Shown here: one piece after another, positions 8,360 to 17,723 of the stretch | How the letters are laid out: each line of letters begins with the position of its first letter | How positions within the stretch are numbered: the first letter of the stretch is position 1 | NCBI GenBank assembly: GCA_016432465.1 | Contig: CP066690.1 | Coordinates: 186,702 to 250,701, forward strand | Reading direction: 5' to 3' | Origin: Candidatus Sungiibacteriota bacterium | GTDB taxonomy: Bacteria > Patescibacteriota > Minisyncoccia > Sungbacterales > HO2-52-23 | Length of the DNA: 64,000 nt | The notes under the pieces: model-generated | The model's input: the letters and a program-made list of their open reading frames with translations, nothing else | The model's database searches: none | Told to the model about the DNA's origin: nothing | Program-made: the position numbers and the translations under genes

Positions 8360-9226
8360 TTATCTGACAGTCTTTAAATACCTCCTAAACTCTTTGCCAA
8401 CTTCGGAGTGTTTAAGCCCAAAATCTATTACTGCCCGTAGATAACCAAGCTTATCGCCGCAATCATACCACTCCCCTTTTACCTCGTAGGCGTAAAAACG
8501 GCCACCATCCTTTATATATTTATCAAGGGCTGGTGGGATGTAGATTTCTCCATTTGAGGCTGGTTTAACCTTGGCTAGGTACTCAAAAATCTCGGGGGTA
8601 AAAATATATTTAACAAATATGGCGAGGTTTGAGGGCGCTGTGCCCGGTTTTGGCTTCTCAATGGTGCCGGTAACCCGCCAAGTACGGGGCGCTATCTTTT
8701 TTCCTGCGATAACTCCGTATTTATGTATTTCGCTGTCAGATACTCTGGCTACTCCGACTACCGGCGCCCGATATTTTTTAAAAATACGTACTAGTTGTTT
8801 TAAGGCAGGGGGCTTGGCATCAATAATATCATCCCCTGACATAATCGCGACCGGCTCTTTACCCAGAAGAGGACGCGCCTGTAAAACCGCATCCCCAATA
8901 CCGCGTGGCTCTTTTTGGCGCACAAAAGAAAAAAAGGCCATTGAGGATATTTTTCTAACGGTCCGGGCAAGCTCTGATTTGCCCTTTGCCTCAAGATATG
9001 ATTCAAGCTCTGACGCATGGTCAAAGTGATCCTCAATCGCGCGTTTACCGCGCCCGGTAATTAAAATAACCTCTTTCATGCCTGAAGCCACTGCTTCTTC
9101 AACAAGGTACTGGATCACTGGCTTATCCACAATAGGCAACATTTCTTTGGGTTGGGCTTTAGTAGCGGGAAGAAATCTAGTCCCAAAGCCGCCCACCGGA
9201 ATAATAACCTTTTTTATATCGGTCAT
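8360..9226 (-). CDS. galU: UTP--glucose-1-phosphate uridylyltransferase
   Basis: KVIIPVGGFGTRFLPATKAQPKEMLPIVDKPVIQYLVEEA... is the canonical GalU N-terminus; length 288 aa. Confidence 0.9.
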   Translation of the reverse strand: MTDIKKVIIPVGGFGTRFLPATKAQPKEMLPIVDKPVIQYLVEEAVASGMKEVILITGRGKRAIEDHFDHASELESYLEAKGKSELARTVRKISSMAFFSFVRQKEPRGIGDAVLQARPLLGKEPVAIMSGDDIIDAKPPALKQLVRIFKKYRAPVVGVARVSDSEIHKYGVIAGKKIAPRTWRVTGTIEKPKPGTAPSNLAIFVKYIFTPEIFEYLAKVKPASNGEIYIPPALDKYIKDGGRFYAYEVKGEWYDCGDKLGYLRAVIDFGLKHSEVGKEFRRYLKTVR

Positions 9227-9254
9227 TGGCTTGATGTCCTATAGTCCTTTGGTG

Positions 9255-9980
9255 CTATTGGACATTTTTATTAATTGAGTAGGTGGTCCAGCGTTTTTCT
9301 CCTTCTTTCCGGAGGATATCTTTTATAACCAAGTCCTGCAAGTCGCGCTGGATTGTTTTAGTGCTTATCCCAGCGAAATGCGGCACAAAATCGCTGATTT
9401 TTGCTTGTTGGGATTGCTTAAGATGCTCAAGAATCTTATGCTGCCGTTCGTTAATTGATTCGGAGATTGGTGTAAGTCCTTTGTCTTCTTTTGTTGCAAA
9501 TTCCTCCCATGTAGGGAGTTCTTCTTTTTCTGATTCTCGGACAGGTTGCGATTCATTATTAGTAGTCTGGGTTGGGGTTATGATTTCTTCTTGTTTATTT
9601 TCGGTTGCCTTTTTTACCACATCCAGCTCACGATTAAAAAAATCAGCGAGAAAATCATATTCTCGCTCCAAAACCGTAATGTTTATAGGCTTCACAAAAC
9701 GCAGGGAACGCGCAAGGCCTAGATATCCTTTTATGGTATGGATTTTAGCAATTATTGATGTTGCTTCTCGCTCAAAATCAGGCGAATAACCATATTCTGT
9801 GACGCCCCCAAAAATCTCGTTTGCTTTCTCCCGCAGGTTTTTTCGCAATACTTCCCCTTGCGGGAAAAAATCAGTAACGCGATAAAGAGCGAGAGTGAGT
9901 TCAAAAATTCTTCTGTGTAATTCTTTGGTTATTTTGGACTCCAACATACTTTTCAAGTCTACCTGTAAGCCAGAAAACAT
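9255..9980 (-). CDS. Four-helix-bundle (23S rRNA intervening-sequence protein-like) domain fused to a C-terminal DeoR-type winged HTH
   Basis: ELTLALYRVTDFFPQGE...L.RA motif; C-terminal ERQHKILEHLKQSQQAKISDFVPHFAGISTKTIQRDLQDL HTH. Confidence 0.55.
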   Translation of the reverse strand: MFSGLQVDLKSMLESKITKELHRRIFELTLALYRVTDFFPQGEVLRKNLREKANEIFGGVTEYGYSPDFEREATSIIAKIHTIKGYLGLARSLRFVKPINITVLEREYDFLADFFNRELDVVKKATENKQEEIITPTQTTNNESQPVRESEKEELPTWEEFATKEDKGLTPISESINERQHKILEHLKQSQQAKISDFVPHFAGISTKTIQRDLQDLVIKDILRKEGEKRWTTYSINKNVQ

Positions 9981-9997
9981 GTCAAATCACCACTTGA

Positions 9998-10020
9998 CTA
10001 TAGAGGTCGGACCTCTATAG
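9998..10020. repeat. REP palindrome CTATAGAGGTCgGACCTCTATAG (copy 1, 10 bp upstream of the RAYT start)
   Basis: 23-bp unit with perfect 11-bp arms; four copies in the window. Confidence 0.8.
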
Positions 10021-10030
10021 AGTAAAAGAT

Positions 10031-10711
10031 ATGCACAACCAACAGGTACCAGAAGACAAATACTATCATGTTTATAACAGGGGCGTAGAGAAGAGAGATG
10101 TTTTTCTGAATAACTCAGATTACCATAGATTCTTATATCTTCTTTTTGCGTGCAATGATACTGCCCAACTTCTAAATTCCCAATTTCACTATAGAGGTCC
10201 GACCTCTATAGTAAATAAAGAACGAGATCAGCTTGTTGATATTATTTGTTTTTGTCTTATGCCGAATCACTATCATTTAATACTAAAACCAAGAAAAGAG
10301 AACGGTATGCCATTATTTATGCAAAAAATTGGCACCGGTTACACGATGTATTTTAATACAAAAAGGCAAAGAAGCGGTGTCTTATTTCAAGGCGGCTACA
10401 AATCTATATTAATTGATAATGAAGGCTATCTTTCCCATCTGACTCGCTACATCCATCTCAATCCAGCCGAGCTTATTGAACCAAAATGGAAAAAAGTAGG
10501 TATACTTAAAGCCAAAGAAACACACAAATTTGTAAAAGAGTATAAGTGGTCAAGTTACCGTGACTATCTGAATACACCACATTTTCCTCATTTGCTAAAC
10601 GTGGAACTTATCAAAGAACTATTCCTGCCAAAACAAGAATACGAGTCTTTTGTCCACGAGTGGTTAGTTGATAATATAAATCTGTTGGGGCGATATACCC
10701 TTGAAGATTAA
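10031..10711 (+). CDS. REP-associated tyrosine transposase (RAYT, IS200/Y1 transposase family)
   Basis: YHVYNRG, HuH motif MPNHYHLIL, catalytic Tyr motif RYIHLNP, and the RAYT-specific KWSSYRDY (W.WSS) motif; flanked by REP copies. Confidence 0.8.
   Translation: MHNQQVPEDKYYHVYNRGVEKRDVFLNNSDYHRFLYLLFACNDTAQLLNSQFHYRGPTSIVNKERDQLVDIICFCLMPNHYHLILKPRKENGMPLFMQKIGTGYTMYFNTKRQRSGVLFQGGYKSILIDNEGYLSHLTRYIHLNPAELIEPKWKKVGILKAKETHKFVKEYKWSSYRDYLNTPHFPHLLNVELIKELFLPKQEYESFVHEWLVDNINLLGRYTLED
10189..10211. repeat. REP palindrome copy 2 (centre base inverted), in-frame inside the RAYT CDS, encoding HYRGPTSIV
   Basis: CTATAGAGGTCcGACCTCTATAG inside the 10031..10711 ORF. Confidence 0.75.
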
Positions 10712-10734
10712 CTATAGAGGTCGGACCTCTATAG
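10712..10734. repeat. REP palindrome copy 3, immediately after the RAYT stop
   Basis: CTATAGAGGTCgGACCTCTATAG. Confidence 0.8.
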
Positions 10735-10780
10735 AGATGGGGGACTTGACGTACGAAGGTCCTACTGATAGCATGCGGGT

Positions 10781-11248
10781 ATGTTTAAAAGCCTCTTAAG
10801 ATTTCTGGTGCCTGTGTTGGGAATTATTTTGATTGGGGGCGGGGTTTGGTACGGAATTCAGTACTGGCGGTATATAAATAGCGAGGAGTATCAGGCGATT
10901 AAATATACAAAGGAAATTACGAAAAAATATGCCGAAGATACTTTTGGCGGTGATACGCCGGAAGAAACTCTTCGGCTTTTTATTGATGCTTTGAAAAAGG
11001 GAGATACTGACCTTGCGGCTCGGTATTTTATTTTGGATAAACAGGAGGAGTGGAAAGAGGATTTGGCAAAGATTAAGGAGAAAGGGTTGCTAAAGGATAT
11101 GATAAGAGATTTGGAGAGATTAGAAAAATCAAAAGAAGAGCCAGAAGAGGTCTTCTATGTTACAACCAACGAGGCAAATGTTGTCTCTGTTCAGTTGATA
11201 GTCGGTAAAAATCCGTATAGTAAGAAATGGAAAATTTACGAACTTTAA
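10781..11248 (+). CDS. Membrane-anchored hypothetical protein (N-terminal TM segment, charged C-terminal domain)
   Basis: FLVPVLGIILIGGGVWYGIQYW TM segment; no recognisable domain. Confidence 0.45.
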   Translation: MFKSLLRFLVPVLGIILIGGGVWYGIQYWRYINSEEYQAIKYTKEITKKYAEDTFGGDTPEETLRLFIDALKKGDTDLAARYFILDKQEEWKEDLAKIKEKGLLKDMIRDLERLEKSKEEPEEVFYVTTNEANVVSVQLIVGKNPYSKKWKIYEL

Positions 11249-14200
11249 AATTGATAATGTATTACCTATTGGGAGGGACACTTTTTGTGCTCCCTCTTTT
11301 TGGATTTGCCTATGATGAAAAAACAACGCATCCAGCGCTTACTCAAGAAATAGTCAAGTTCTTTAATTTAAAATCTAAAGATTTAAAGATTTCGGATGAG
11401 GACACGGAATATATTATTCAGGGAAGTATTGACGAGGACGCCGGAGCAAGATGGATGTATCACTTTTATGACCCCGTTTATAATCGCGGTTTATCGCTAG
11501 TACGACAATGGCGAAGCTCAAAAGATTGGGGACAGAATACGCTCGCGCAAGCAAAATATGATGTGGGTTTTGAGGCAAAAAGTCTTGGTGGAACACTTGG
11601 GCCACTTTTTGGTTCAAAAACCGATTATTCTTGGGAACGAGGGATTTATGAATATGCATGGGGAAATAAAAAATGGGGTCTTCTTTCGCTTGGACATATC
11701 CTGCATCTGATTGAAGATGCAACTGTGCCGGATCACTCCAGAAATGATCCGCATCCACCGATTTTAGACTGGGGAAGCCCCTATGAGAACTGGACTAAAA
11801 AATTTGATAGACAAACAATAAATCCTGGAGAGATAGCCGACGAAAAACTTATTATTCTGAATAGTCTAGACGACTATTTTAATAAGTCAGCTTCCTATTC
11901 AAATAACTATTTTTTCAGTAAAGACACAATATTTTCAAAAGAGTACATTTCCCCTACTGTTATTGAAAAAGGAATAGAGAAATTAAGTGACGGCAGAAAC
12001 TACTCATTTGGTTATGGGGAAGATTCGAAAGGCAATAAATTTAGACTCATACAAATCAAGGAAAGTCCCTGGCAAGATCCTGAATATTCGTTAAAGGATC
12101 CGGACCTTAAAATCCTCTCCGACTACTGGTCCCTTCTCTCCAAACAAGCCGTGCTGAACGGCGCCGGAGTGGTAAAACTTTTCTTTGATGAGGTGGAGAA
12201 AGAAAAACAAACGCGGGCCCTATACAATAAAAATCGCTCGTGGCTGGGAAAACAAATTGACAAATTTAAGCGAGACTCGTTTAAAACCGCTAACGTACTT
12301 TACGGGATAACCCCCAAGCTGGAGGATTTGGAGGAAAAAGTAACTACCGAGGTCTCGCCTCCAAAAGGAGGAGAAACCTCAACCACCATTATAGAAACAC
12401 CATCAGTTCTTGAACCACCGAAAGTTAAACCCGCTGAGGTCTCGCCTCCTACAGTGACAGCAGTAGAAACCTCAAAACAAACACCCCCACCCGCAGAAAC
12501 TAAACAACCGCCGCTATCCCCTACTCAACCCAAGCCATCAGCAAACACCTCTTCCTTTCTTCCTATTGCCGGCGCCGGTGGAGGAAGAAAAGACGACGAA
12601 CCGCCGAGTCCCCCTCACATCATTACCGAACCCTCCCAAGATAACCTTATTTTTGCCACAACCACCATTACTTTCCGCGGCCGAGCAGAAAGAAAGACAA
12701 CCGTCATCAACAGCTTCTCTGCAAACACCGTCAAGGTGGCTGATGACGAAAACTGGTCATTAACTCTGGGTCCTCTGCCGCAGGGAACTACTACTATAGA
12801 CTTTTCTGCAAAGGACGAGGCGGGAAATAAATCCCAAAGCAAGTCGCGGACCGTATTTATAGACACCACCGGTCCCCAAATATCCCTTACTATAAATGAA
12901 TGCGGCCAGTCCCTCTCATCGTCATCCTGCCTCACCCCTAAAACAACCCTGAACCTGGAGTGGTCCTCCACCGACCCGGAGTTGAGTCACTTTTTACTGG
13001 AATGCGAAGCCAACGGCTCCGCATGCCAAAACTTCAATATCTCGCAAACCAACGCCACCACCACGACCTACAGCGTGCCCGGCGATAATACTATCTATAC
13101 GTTCAAGGCCCGCGCCGTGGATATACGAGGAAACGTAAGCCCAACCGAAACTAAAACCGTAGAAATAATCTCGCGGCCGTTGATTATTAACGAAATCGCC
13201 TGGATGGGAACATCAGCCACCCGATCTAGCGACGAATGGTTGGAGATCCACAACACAACGGATAAAACAATAAATCTTGCCAATTGGGTGCTGCGCTCCG
13301 AAACTGATCAGACACCCTATATACAACTCTCCGGCAGCATTGGCGCAAAAAGTTTCCTTATCCTTGAAAGAACCGACGATAACACCATCTCCGATATAAC
13401 TGCGCACCAAACCTACACCGGCGCCCTGGAAAATAGCGGCGAGGTAGTGGAGCTTCTTTATGCCTCAACCACTATTGATAAAACTCCGGAAATTTCAACC
13501 TGCGGCGGCTGGTGCGCGGGTGTGGCTGGCGGACAATACCTGACCATGGAGCGCTACGAACCCCTATCTTCCGGAACTGACGCGTCAAATTGGAATTCGT
13601 GGGGAGGATTTTTAGCCAATGGGAAAAACGCGGATAACGCGGCTATAAACGGCACGCCGGGCAAGCGCAACAGCATAAATTATTTAATTACCAAAGACGG
13701 CTCAACGCTCGCGCAAAATAAAACCCTCAAAAAATCCGGCGGCCCGTATCTTGTTACTACCGATTATATAGTTAATAGCGGCATAACCCTCACTATAGAT
13801 CCGGGCGTGGTCGTAAAATTTTATAACGGCGCATCGGCTCTTATTATAAACGGAACCCTAAAAGCCGAAGGAACCTCTACCGATAAAATTGTCTTTACTT
13901 CTTTCAAAGATGATAGCTACGGCGGCGACATGAATCAGGACGCCGCCGCGACCACGCCGCAATACGGAGACTGGGGAACAATAAAAATCGCGGGAAGCGG
14001 ATCATTTGATCAAACCCTTGTCCGCTACGGCGGCGTAAAAGACTCCTCCTCAAATTTCTGGGCCAATATAAGATCCAGCGCCGGATCAGTAGTGATTAAA
14101 AACTCAACTATTGAAGAGGCTGGAGTTTATGGCTTGTGGTTCAACAATGCTTCGGCCAGCATCCAATCAAGCACTATTAAAAATAATACGCATGATAATC

Positions 14201-14520
14201 AGGCATCCGGAATTGTGGTGGGCGGCGGCTCGCTCACAGAAATTAAAAACTCTGTTGTTGAAAATAATCTTTCGGCGGGCATCCTCCTTACCAACTCCAC
14301 CACCACAACCATCAGCGACTCTCTTGTCCAAAACCATCAAAGCTCGGCAAGTTCGCGGGGACTTTCTCTTGTCTCCTCCTCGCCATCTATTAAAAATACA
14401 ACTTTTAAAAACAATACCGTCGCTATTGAGGCAGACGGCAGCTCTTCAGTTTCCAACGGCGGAGGAATTATTTTTGAAGGCAATACCACCAATACCGTAC
14501 CAGCAAACCTGATTCCATAA
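11227..14520 (+). CDS. Large secreted protein: zinc-dependent phospholipase C-like domain, Pro/Thr linker, Ig-like domains, lamin-tail domain (LTD), right-handed beta-helix repeats
   Basis: HFYDP and LGHILHLIEDATVPDHS (PLC_Zn-like); LTD IINEIAWMGTSATRSSDEWLEIHNTTDKTINLANWVL; NSGITLTIDPGVVVKF beta-helix repeats. Confidence 0.75.
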   Translation: MENLRTLKLIMYYLLGGTLFVLPLFGFAYDEKTTHPALTQEIVKFFNLKSKDLKISDEDTEYIIQGSIDEDAGARWMYHFYDPVYNRGLSLVRQWRSSKDWGQNTLAQAKYDVGFEAKSLGGTLGPLFGSKTDYSWERGIYEYAWGNKKWGLLSLGHILHLIEDATVPDHSRNDPHPPILDWGSPYENWTKKFDRQTINPGEIADEKLIILNSLDDYFNKSASYSNNYFFSKDTIFSKEYISPTVIEKGIEKLSDGRNYSFGYGEDSKGNKFRLIQIKESPWQDPEYSLKDPDLKILSDYWSLLSKQAVLNGAGVVKLFFDEVEKEKQTRALYNKNRSWLGKQIDKFKRDSFKTANVLYGITPKLEDLEEKVTTEVSPPKGGETSTTIIETPSVLEPPKVKPAEVSPPTVTAVETSKQTPPPAETKQPPLSPTQPKPSANTSSFLPIAGAGGGRKDDEPPSPPHIITEPSQDNLIFATTTITFRGRAERKTTVINSFSANTVKVADDENWSLTLGPLPQGTTTIDFSAKDEAGNKSQSKSRTVFIDTTGPQISLTINECGQSLSSSSCLTPKTTLNLEWSSTDPELSHFLLECEANGSACQNFNISQTNATTTTYSVPGDNTIYTFKARAVDIRGNVSPTETKTVEIISRPLIINEIAWMGTSATRSSDEWLEIHNTTDKTINLANWVLRSETDQTPYIQLSGSIGAKSFLILERTDDNTISDITAHQTYTGALENSGEVVELLYASTTIDKTPEISTCGGWCAGVAGGQYLTMERYEPLSSGTDASNWNSWGGFLANGKNADNAAINGTPGKRNSINYLITKDGSTLAQNKTLKKSGGPYLVTTDYIVNSGITLTIDPGVVVKFYNGASALIINGTLKAEGTSTDKIVFTSFKDDSYGGDMNQDAAATTPQYGDWGTIKIAGSGSFDQTLVRYGGVKDSSSNFWANIRSSAGSVVIKNSTIEEAGVYGLWFNNASASIQSSTIKNNTHDNQASGIVVGGGSLTEIKNSVVENNLSAGILLTNSTTTTISDSLVQNHQSSASSRGLSLVSSSPSIKNTTFKNNTVAIEADGSSSVSNGGGIIFEGNTTNTVPANLIP

Positions 14521-14571
14521 AAATCCATTTATGGTATTATTAAGTATCTATTTAAAAATAAGTAAAAATAT

Positions 14572-15738
14572 ATGGCCAACTATAAAGCAATAACAAATTT
14601 TGAGTTTTTTAACAGCTGTCCCGATACCCCACCATGTCGTTGCCAACTCATCCCCACAAAAATTAAGCTGAGGTATAAAATTGCGGGCCAACCACCGGTT
14701 GACGTTGACAGGACCAGCGGCAGTGACGCAATCACCGATCTAACTGCCGAAGGCTGGACCTTTGTGCCTCCACCAACTATTGCCGAGCCGGAATCGGCCG
14801 CCAAAAGCGGCGACTTTGAATCGCTGGAACTGACCTATAGAGTATTCGCGTCTTGCACTTGTGAAATTACAGGTGAATGCCGTTCTAAAACCTTAGAACT
14901 TTCTGTTCACTACCAAAAGGGCAAGAGCACGCCCGATCCCACAATAACCGCCCACGAGGGCGCGCTTTTTGACTGTTCCGGGGACCTTAACCAACCAACG
15001 CCCACGCCACTTACCCCTTCAGCTTCTTCTGATAACGGAAGCCGCGCCGAAATAACTTTTAGTGTTTCTCTTCCCTGCGTAGGTTGCGGAGGCGGAGGGT
15101 GCGTTGTCAGATTTGGTGTAAAATACGACTACACCATGGAAAGCGATTGTTTTATTACTACCGCGGTGTATGGGACAGCTCTGCACCCTGAAGTCAAAAT
15201 GCTTCAGGGCCTACGAGACAATATCTTAAGAAAAACCCGCTGGGGTAACATGTTTTTTACGGAATACTTCAGGGCCTATGACAAATTTAGTCCGGAAATA
15301 GCCGAGAAAATAAAAACAAATCCTGATATTAAAGAGGCAGTGCTTTGGGGTATTGTCCAGCCTTGGGTAAATTACCTGAAACTGGCCTTGCGAAGACCAC
15401 AAAAATGGAATCTTGATAACTTAGACCATGAACTAAAAGAGTACCTTGAGACTATGAGACGGGAAATGGAAGAATGGCTTAGTGTTATCAAACCACCGGA
15501 GGACTTTTATAACATGAGTAACGCGGACATTGTCGACGAATTAAGTATTGCGCTTCTTGTTTTAAGAGGGGAGACAGACGCCTACCTTGAACGTCTAAGA
15601 AAACTGGGGGCCCTTCCGCTTTCTTTGTCAGCAGACCAACATAAAAACTTGTCGAAAAAGCTTATTAGTGGAGGATATAAACTTCCGCAGATAAACAAAA
15701 TAATCAGTTTAGCAACCCAACACCCCGAGTCGCCTTGA
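14572..15738 (+). CDS. Cys-rich hypothetical protein; the C-terminal half contains a CFITTAVYG...PEV..L..LRD motif
   Basis: Multiple CxC/CxxC motifs; DCFITTAVYGTALHPEVKMLQGLRDNIL resembles the CFIATAAYGS-type domain signature (family name not certain). Confidence 0.5.
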   Translation: MANYKAITNFEFFNSCPDTPPCRCQLIPTKIKLRYKIAGQPPVDVDRTSGSDAITDLTAEGWTFVPPPTIAEPESAAKSGDFESLELTYRVFASCTCEITGECRSKTLELSVHYQKGKSTPDPTITAHEGALFDCSGDLNQPTPTPLTPSASSDNGSRAEITFSVSLPCVGCGGGGCVVRFGVKYDYTMESDCFITTAVYGTALHPEVKMLQGLRDNILRKTRWGNMFFTEYFRAYDKFSPEIAEKIKTNPDIKEAVLWGIVQPWVNYLKLALRRPQKWNLDNLDHELKEYLETMRREMEEWLSVIKPPEDFYNMSNADIVDELSIALLVLRGETDAYLERLRKLGALPLSLSADQHKNLSKKLISGGYKLPQINKIISLATQHPESP

Positions 15739-15900
15739 TTTTTCGTCCAAAAGTTGTACTATTTGGAAAGATAGCAGTGGCTACACGGAGCCCTGAATCC
15801 GAACACTCACAGGAGTTGATAATTGTTTTTCCGTGCTTGAATTCGCGGCCATTTTAAAATATAATATAGTAGAGAGTCACCCCGACAAAGGATCAGTGCA

Positions 15901-16077
15901 GTGCGAAAATTTATAGTAAGACTGGCGCTGCTTATCTTACTTCTGGGCTATGTGGTATATGCTCTTGGCCTTTTTTCAACGGCAGTAGGATTTTTGGGAG
16001 GGATTAGCAATTTTGCGGAAAGAGACAACAAGGCCATACAGCGCTACAATCAAGAAAAATTTTATAAAAAAAGATAG
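15901..16077 (+). CDS. Possible small (58 aa, GTG start) membrane protein
   Basis: VRKFIVRLALLILLLGYVVYALGLFSTAVGFLGGISNF; AAAGGA 9 nt upstream; below the ORF-track cutoff. Confidence 0.25.
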   Translation: MRKFIVRLALLILLLGYVVYALGLFSTAVGFLGGISNFAERDNKAIQRYNQEKFYKKR

Positions 16078-16110
16078 CGACCCGTGGGGCCGCTATTACT
16101 TATTACTCCC

Positions 16111-16341
16111 TCAAAAGGGCTGCTCTTTTTTACCCCTTTTCTCCAAAATCCTACAGGCCAGTTCCCAACAGTCATACGAGCAGACCCATCTTTTGATGCC
16201 GGACAACTGACCAACGTCAGGATGCGCAGGACAACTATAATCATAACCATATTTAGGCCTCTTACGCTCACACGTCTTGGTGGGTTTGAGGCAAATCCAG
16301 CACTTGACCCATGGCGCTTTGGGGGCGACGCAACGCGGCAT
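16111..16341 (-). CDS. Small Cys-rich (zinc-ribbon-like) protein
   Basis: CWIC...C...CPAH...CSYDC...C pattern; AAGGAGA 4 nt upstream of the ATG. Confidence 0.4.
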   Translation of the reverse strand: MPRCVAPKAPWVKCWICLKPTKTCERKRPKYGYDYSCPAHPDVGQLSGIKRWVCSYDCWELACRILEKRGKKEQPF

Positions 16342-16408
16342 CTTTCTCCTTTATTCCTAAGCCGGACTTTACTTAATTTTAACTAGGTTACAAAAAAAGT
16401 CAAGGTGG

Positions 16409-16437
16409 TTGACTTTCTAATATACTAATTGTAGAAT
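16409..16437 (+). promoter_or_regulatory. Sigma70-like promoter (TTGACT - 17 nt - TAGAAT) overlapped by the palindrome GTCAAggtggTTGAC; GAGGAGG Shine-Dalgarno 6 nt before the ATG at 16464
   Basis: Hexamers and spacing read directly from the sequence. Confidence 0.45.
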
Positions 16438-16463
16438 TAAATTGTACTGTGAGGAGGCTGTAA

Positions 16464-17699
16464 ATGAACCTTGAAAAAGCACGAAAACGAGCTACACATC
16501 AACCCCCTGAATGGACCAACACTTTTTGGTTTAAGGGCCTGAAGGAATTTGAGGATACGCAAAAAGGCAAACCCCAGCTTCCTAACTATACCCGCGTTCC
16601 GCACTCGCATCCGGACAACGCGGAGCTGGAACGCGCGTTAACTCAACTTGAGGACGGTTCACACACTCTTGTTTTTTCTTCTGGTATGGCCGCCATCACC
16701 ACTACCCTTGACGCCTTGCTTCGCCCGGGCGACTCCCTAATCGCCGCCGAACCCTGTTATACCAGCACTTATCACAAACTGGAACAGCTAAAAAAAATAG
16801 GCATTGACGTACGATACCTTAATCTGCATAAACTGGGGGCATACTCGGATCGTCAGCTTCTGACTGCGGTTGAGGCTCTCACTGATAAAACCACGAAAAT
16901 TTTTATTGGGGAAACGCCTGCTAACCCCCAAGTTCCGGTTATTTTTCTTGCGCCCTTGGTCTTCCTTGCTCAAAAACTGGGCATAATCCTTGCCATTGAT
17001 AATACCTTTGCCTCGCCTTATAACCAAAGACCGCTGGAATGGGGCTGTGATATTTCGTTTGAATCTCTTACCAAATATTTTGATCGCGGACTTTTCTTGG
17101 GCGGTTCCACTAGTTGGCGTGAAGAAATTATTCAGCCCAAACTGCGCCGCTGGAAAGAATTCCGGGGACTTACCTTTGATATGCTCATTGGTTCTTATTA
17201 CATGACTTGCGGCGGAACTTTTTCGCCTCCACTGGCCAAACGAGCTCTGGCCAACATGGAAACTCTGGAAAAAGAGGTGCGTAAACAAAACCTAAATGCT
17301 CTTGCTCTGGCCCACCTTCTGGAAGATATGGGATTTACGACCCACTATCCGGGACTAATTTCACACCCCCAAAACCTTATTTCATATTTTCAAATGAAAA
17401 TGCGTGACGGCACTAATGGTTTTGGCTGCGTGGTGTCCTTTGACATCGGCAGTCTTGAGGCCGCCTTCCGCTTTTCTGAAGACATGGCCAAAGAGATTGC
17501 TCTGGCGGTAAGTCTGGGGTCAGCCAATACCACTTTTCAGCACCCGGCAGTAATGACGCACTCCACTATTCCCAGAAAAAAGCGTCTGGAGATGGGTATT
17601 ACTGACGGCCTGATCCGTGTGTCCTGCGGCATAGAAGACACAGACTGGATTCTTTCACTTTTTGAAAAAAAACTAAAATCATTTTGCTGCATTCGCTAG
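16464..17699 (+). CDS. PLP-dependent Cys/Met-metabolism enzyme (cystathionine gamma-synthase / beta-lyase / methionine gamma-lyase family)
   Basis: FSSGMAAITT...; PLP-lysine motif FESLTKYFDRG; ~410 aa. Confidence 0.75.
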   Translation: MNLEKARKRATHQPPEWTNTFWFKGLKEFEDTQKGKPQLPNYTRVPHSHPDNAELERALTQLEDGSHTLVFSSGMAAITTTLDALLRPGDSLIAAEPCYTSTYHKLEQLKKIGIDVRYLNLHKLGAYSDRQLLTAVEALTDKTTKIFIGETPANPQVPVIFLAPLVFLAQKLGIILAIDNTFASPYNQRPLEWGCDISFESLTKYFDRGLFLGGSTSWREEIIQPKLRRWKEFRGLTFDMLIGSYYMTCGGTFSPPLAKRALANMETLEKEVRKQNLNALALAHLLEDMGFTTHYPGLISHPQNLISYFQMKMRDGTNGFGCVVSFDIGSLEAAFRFSEDMAKEIALAVSLGSANTTFQHPAVMTHSTIPRKKRLEMGITDGLIRVSCGIEDTDWILSLFEKKLKSFCCIR

Positions 17700-17723
17700 C
17701 CCTATCGGGCTAGTATTTATATA

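Noticed and set aside
16788-17288. 166-aa minus-strand ORF inside the PLP-dependent enzyme gene
   Set aside because: It lies antisense within a well-supported CDS and has no motif.
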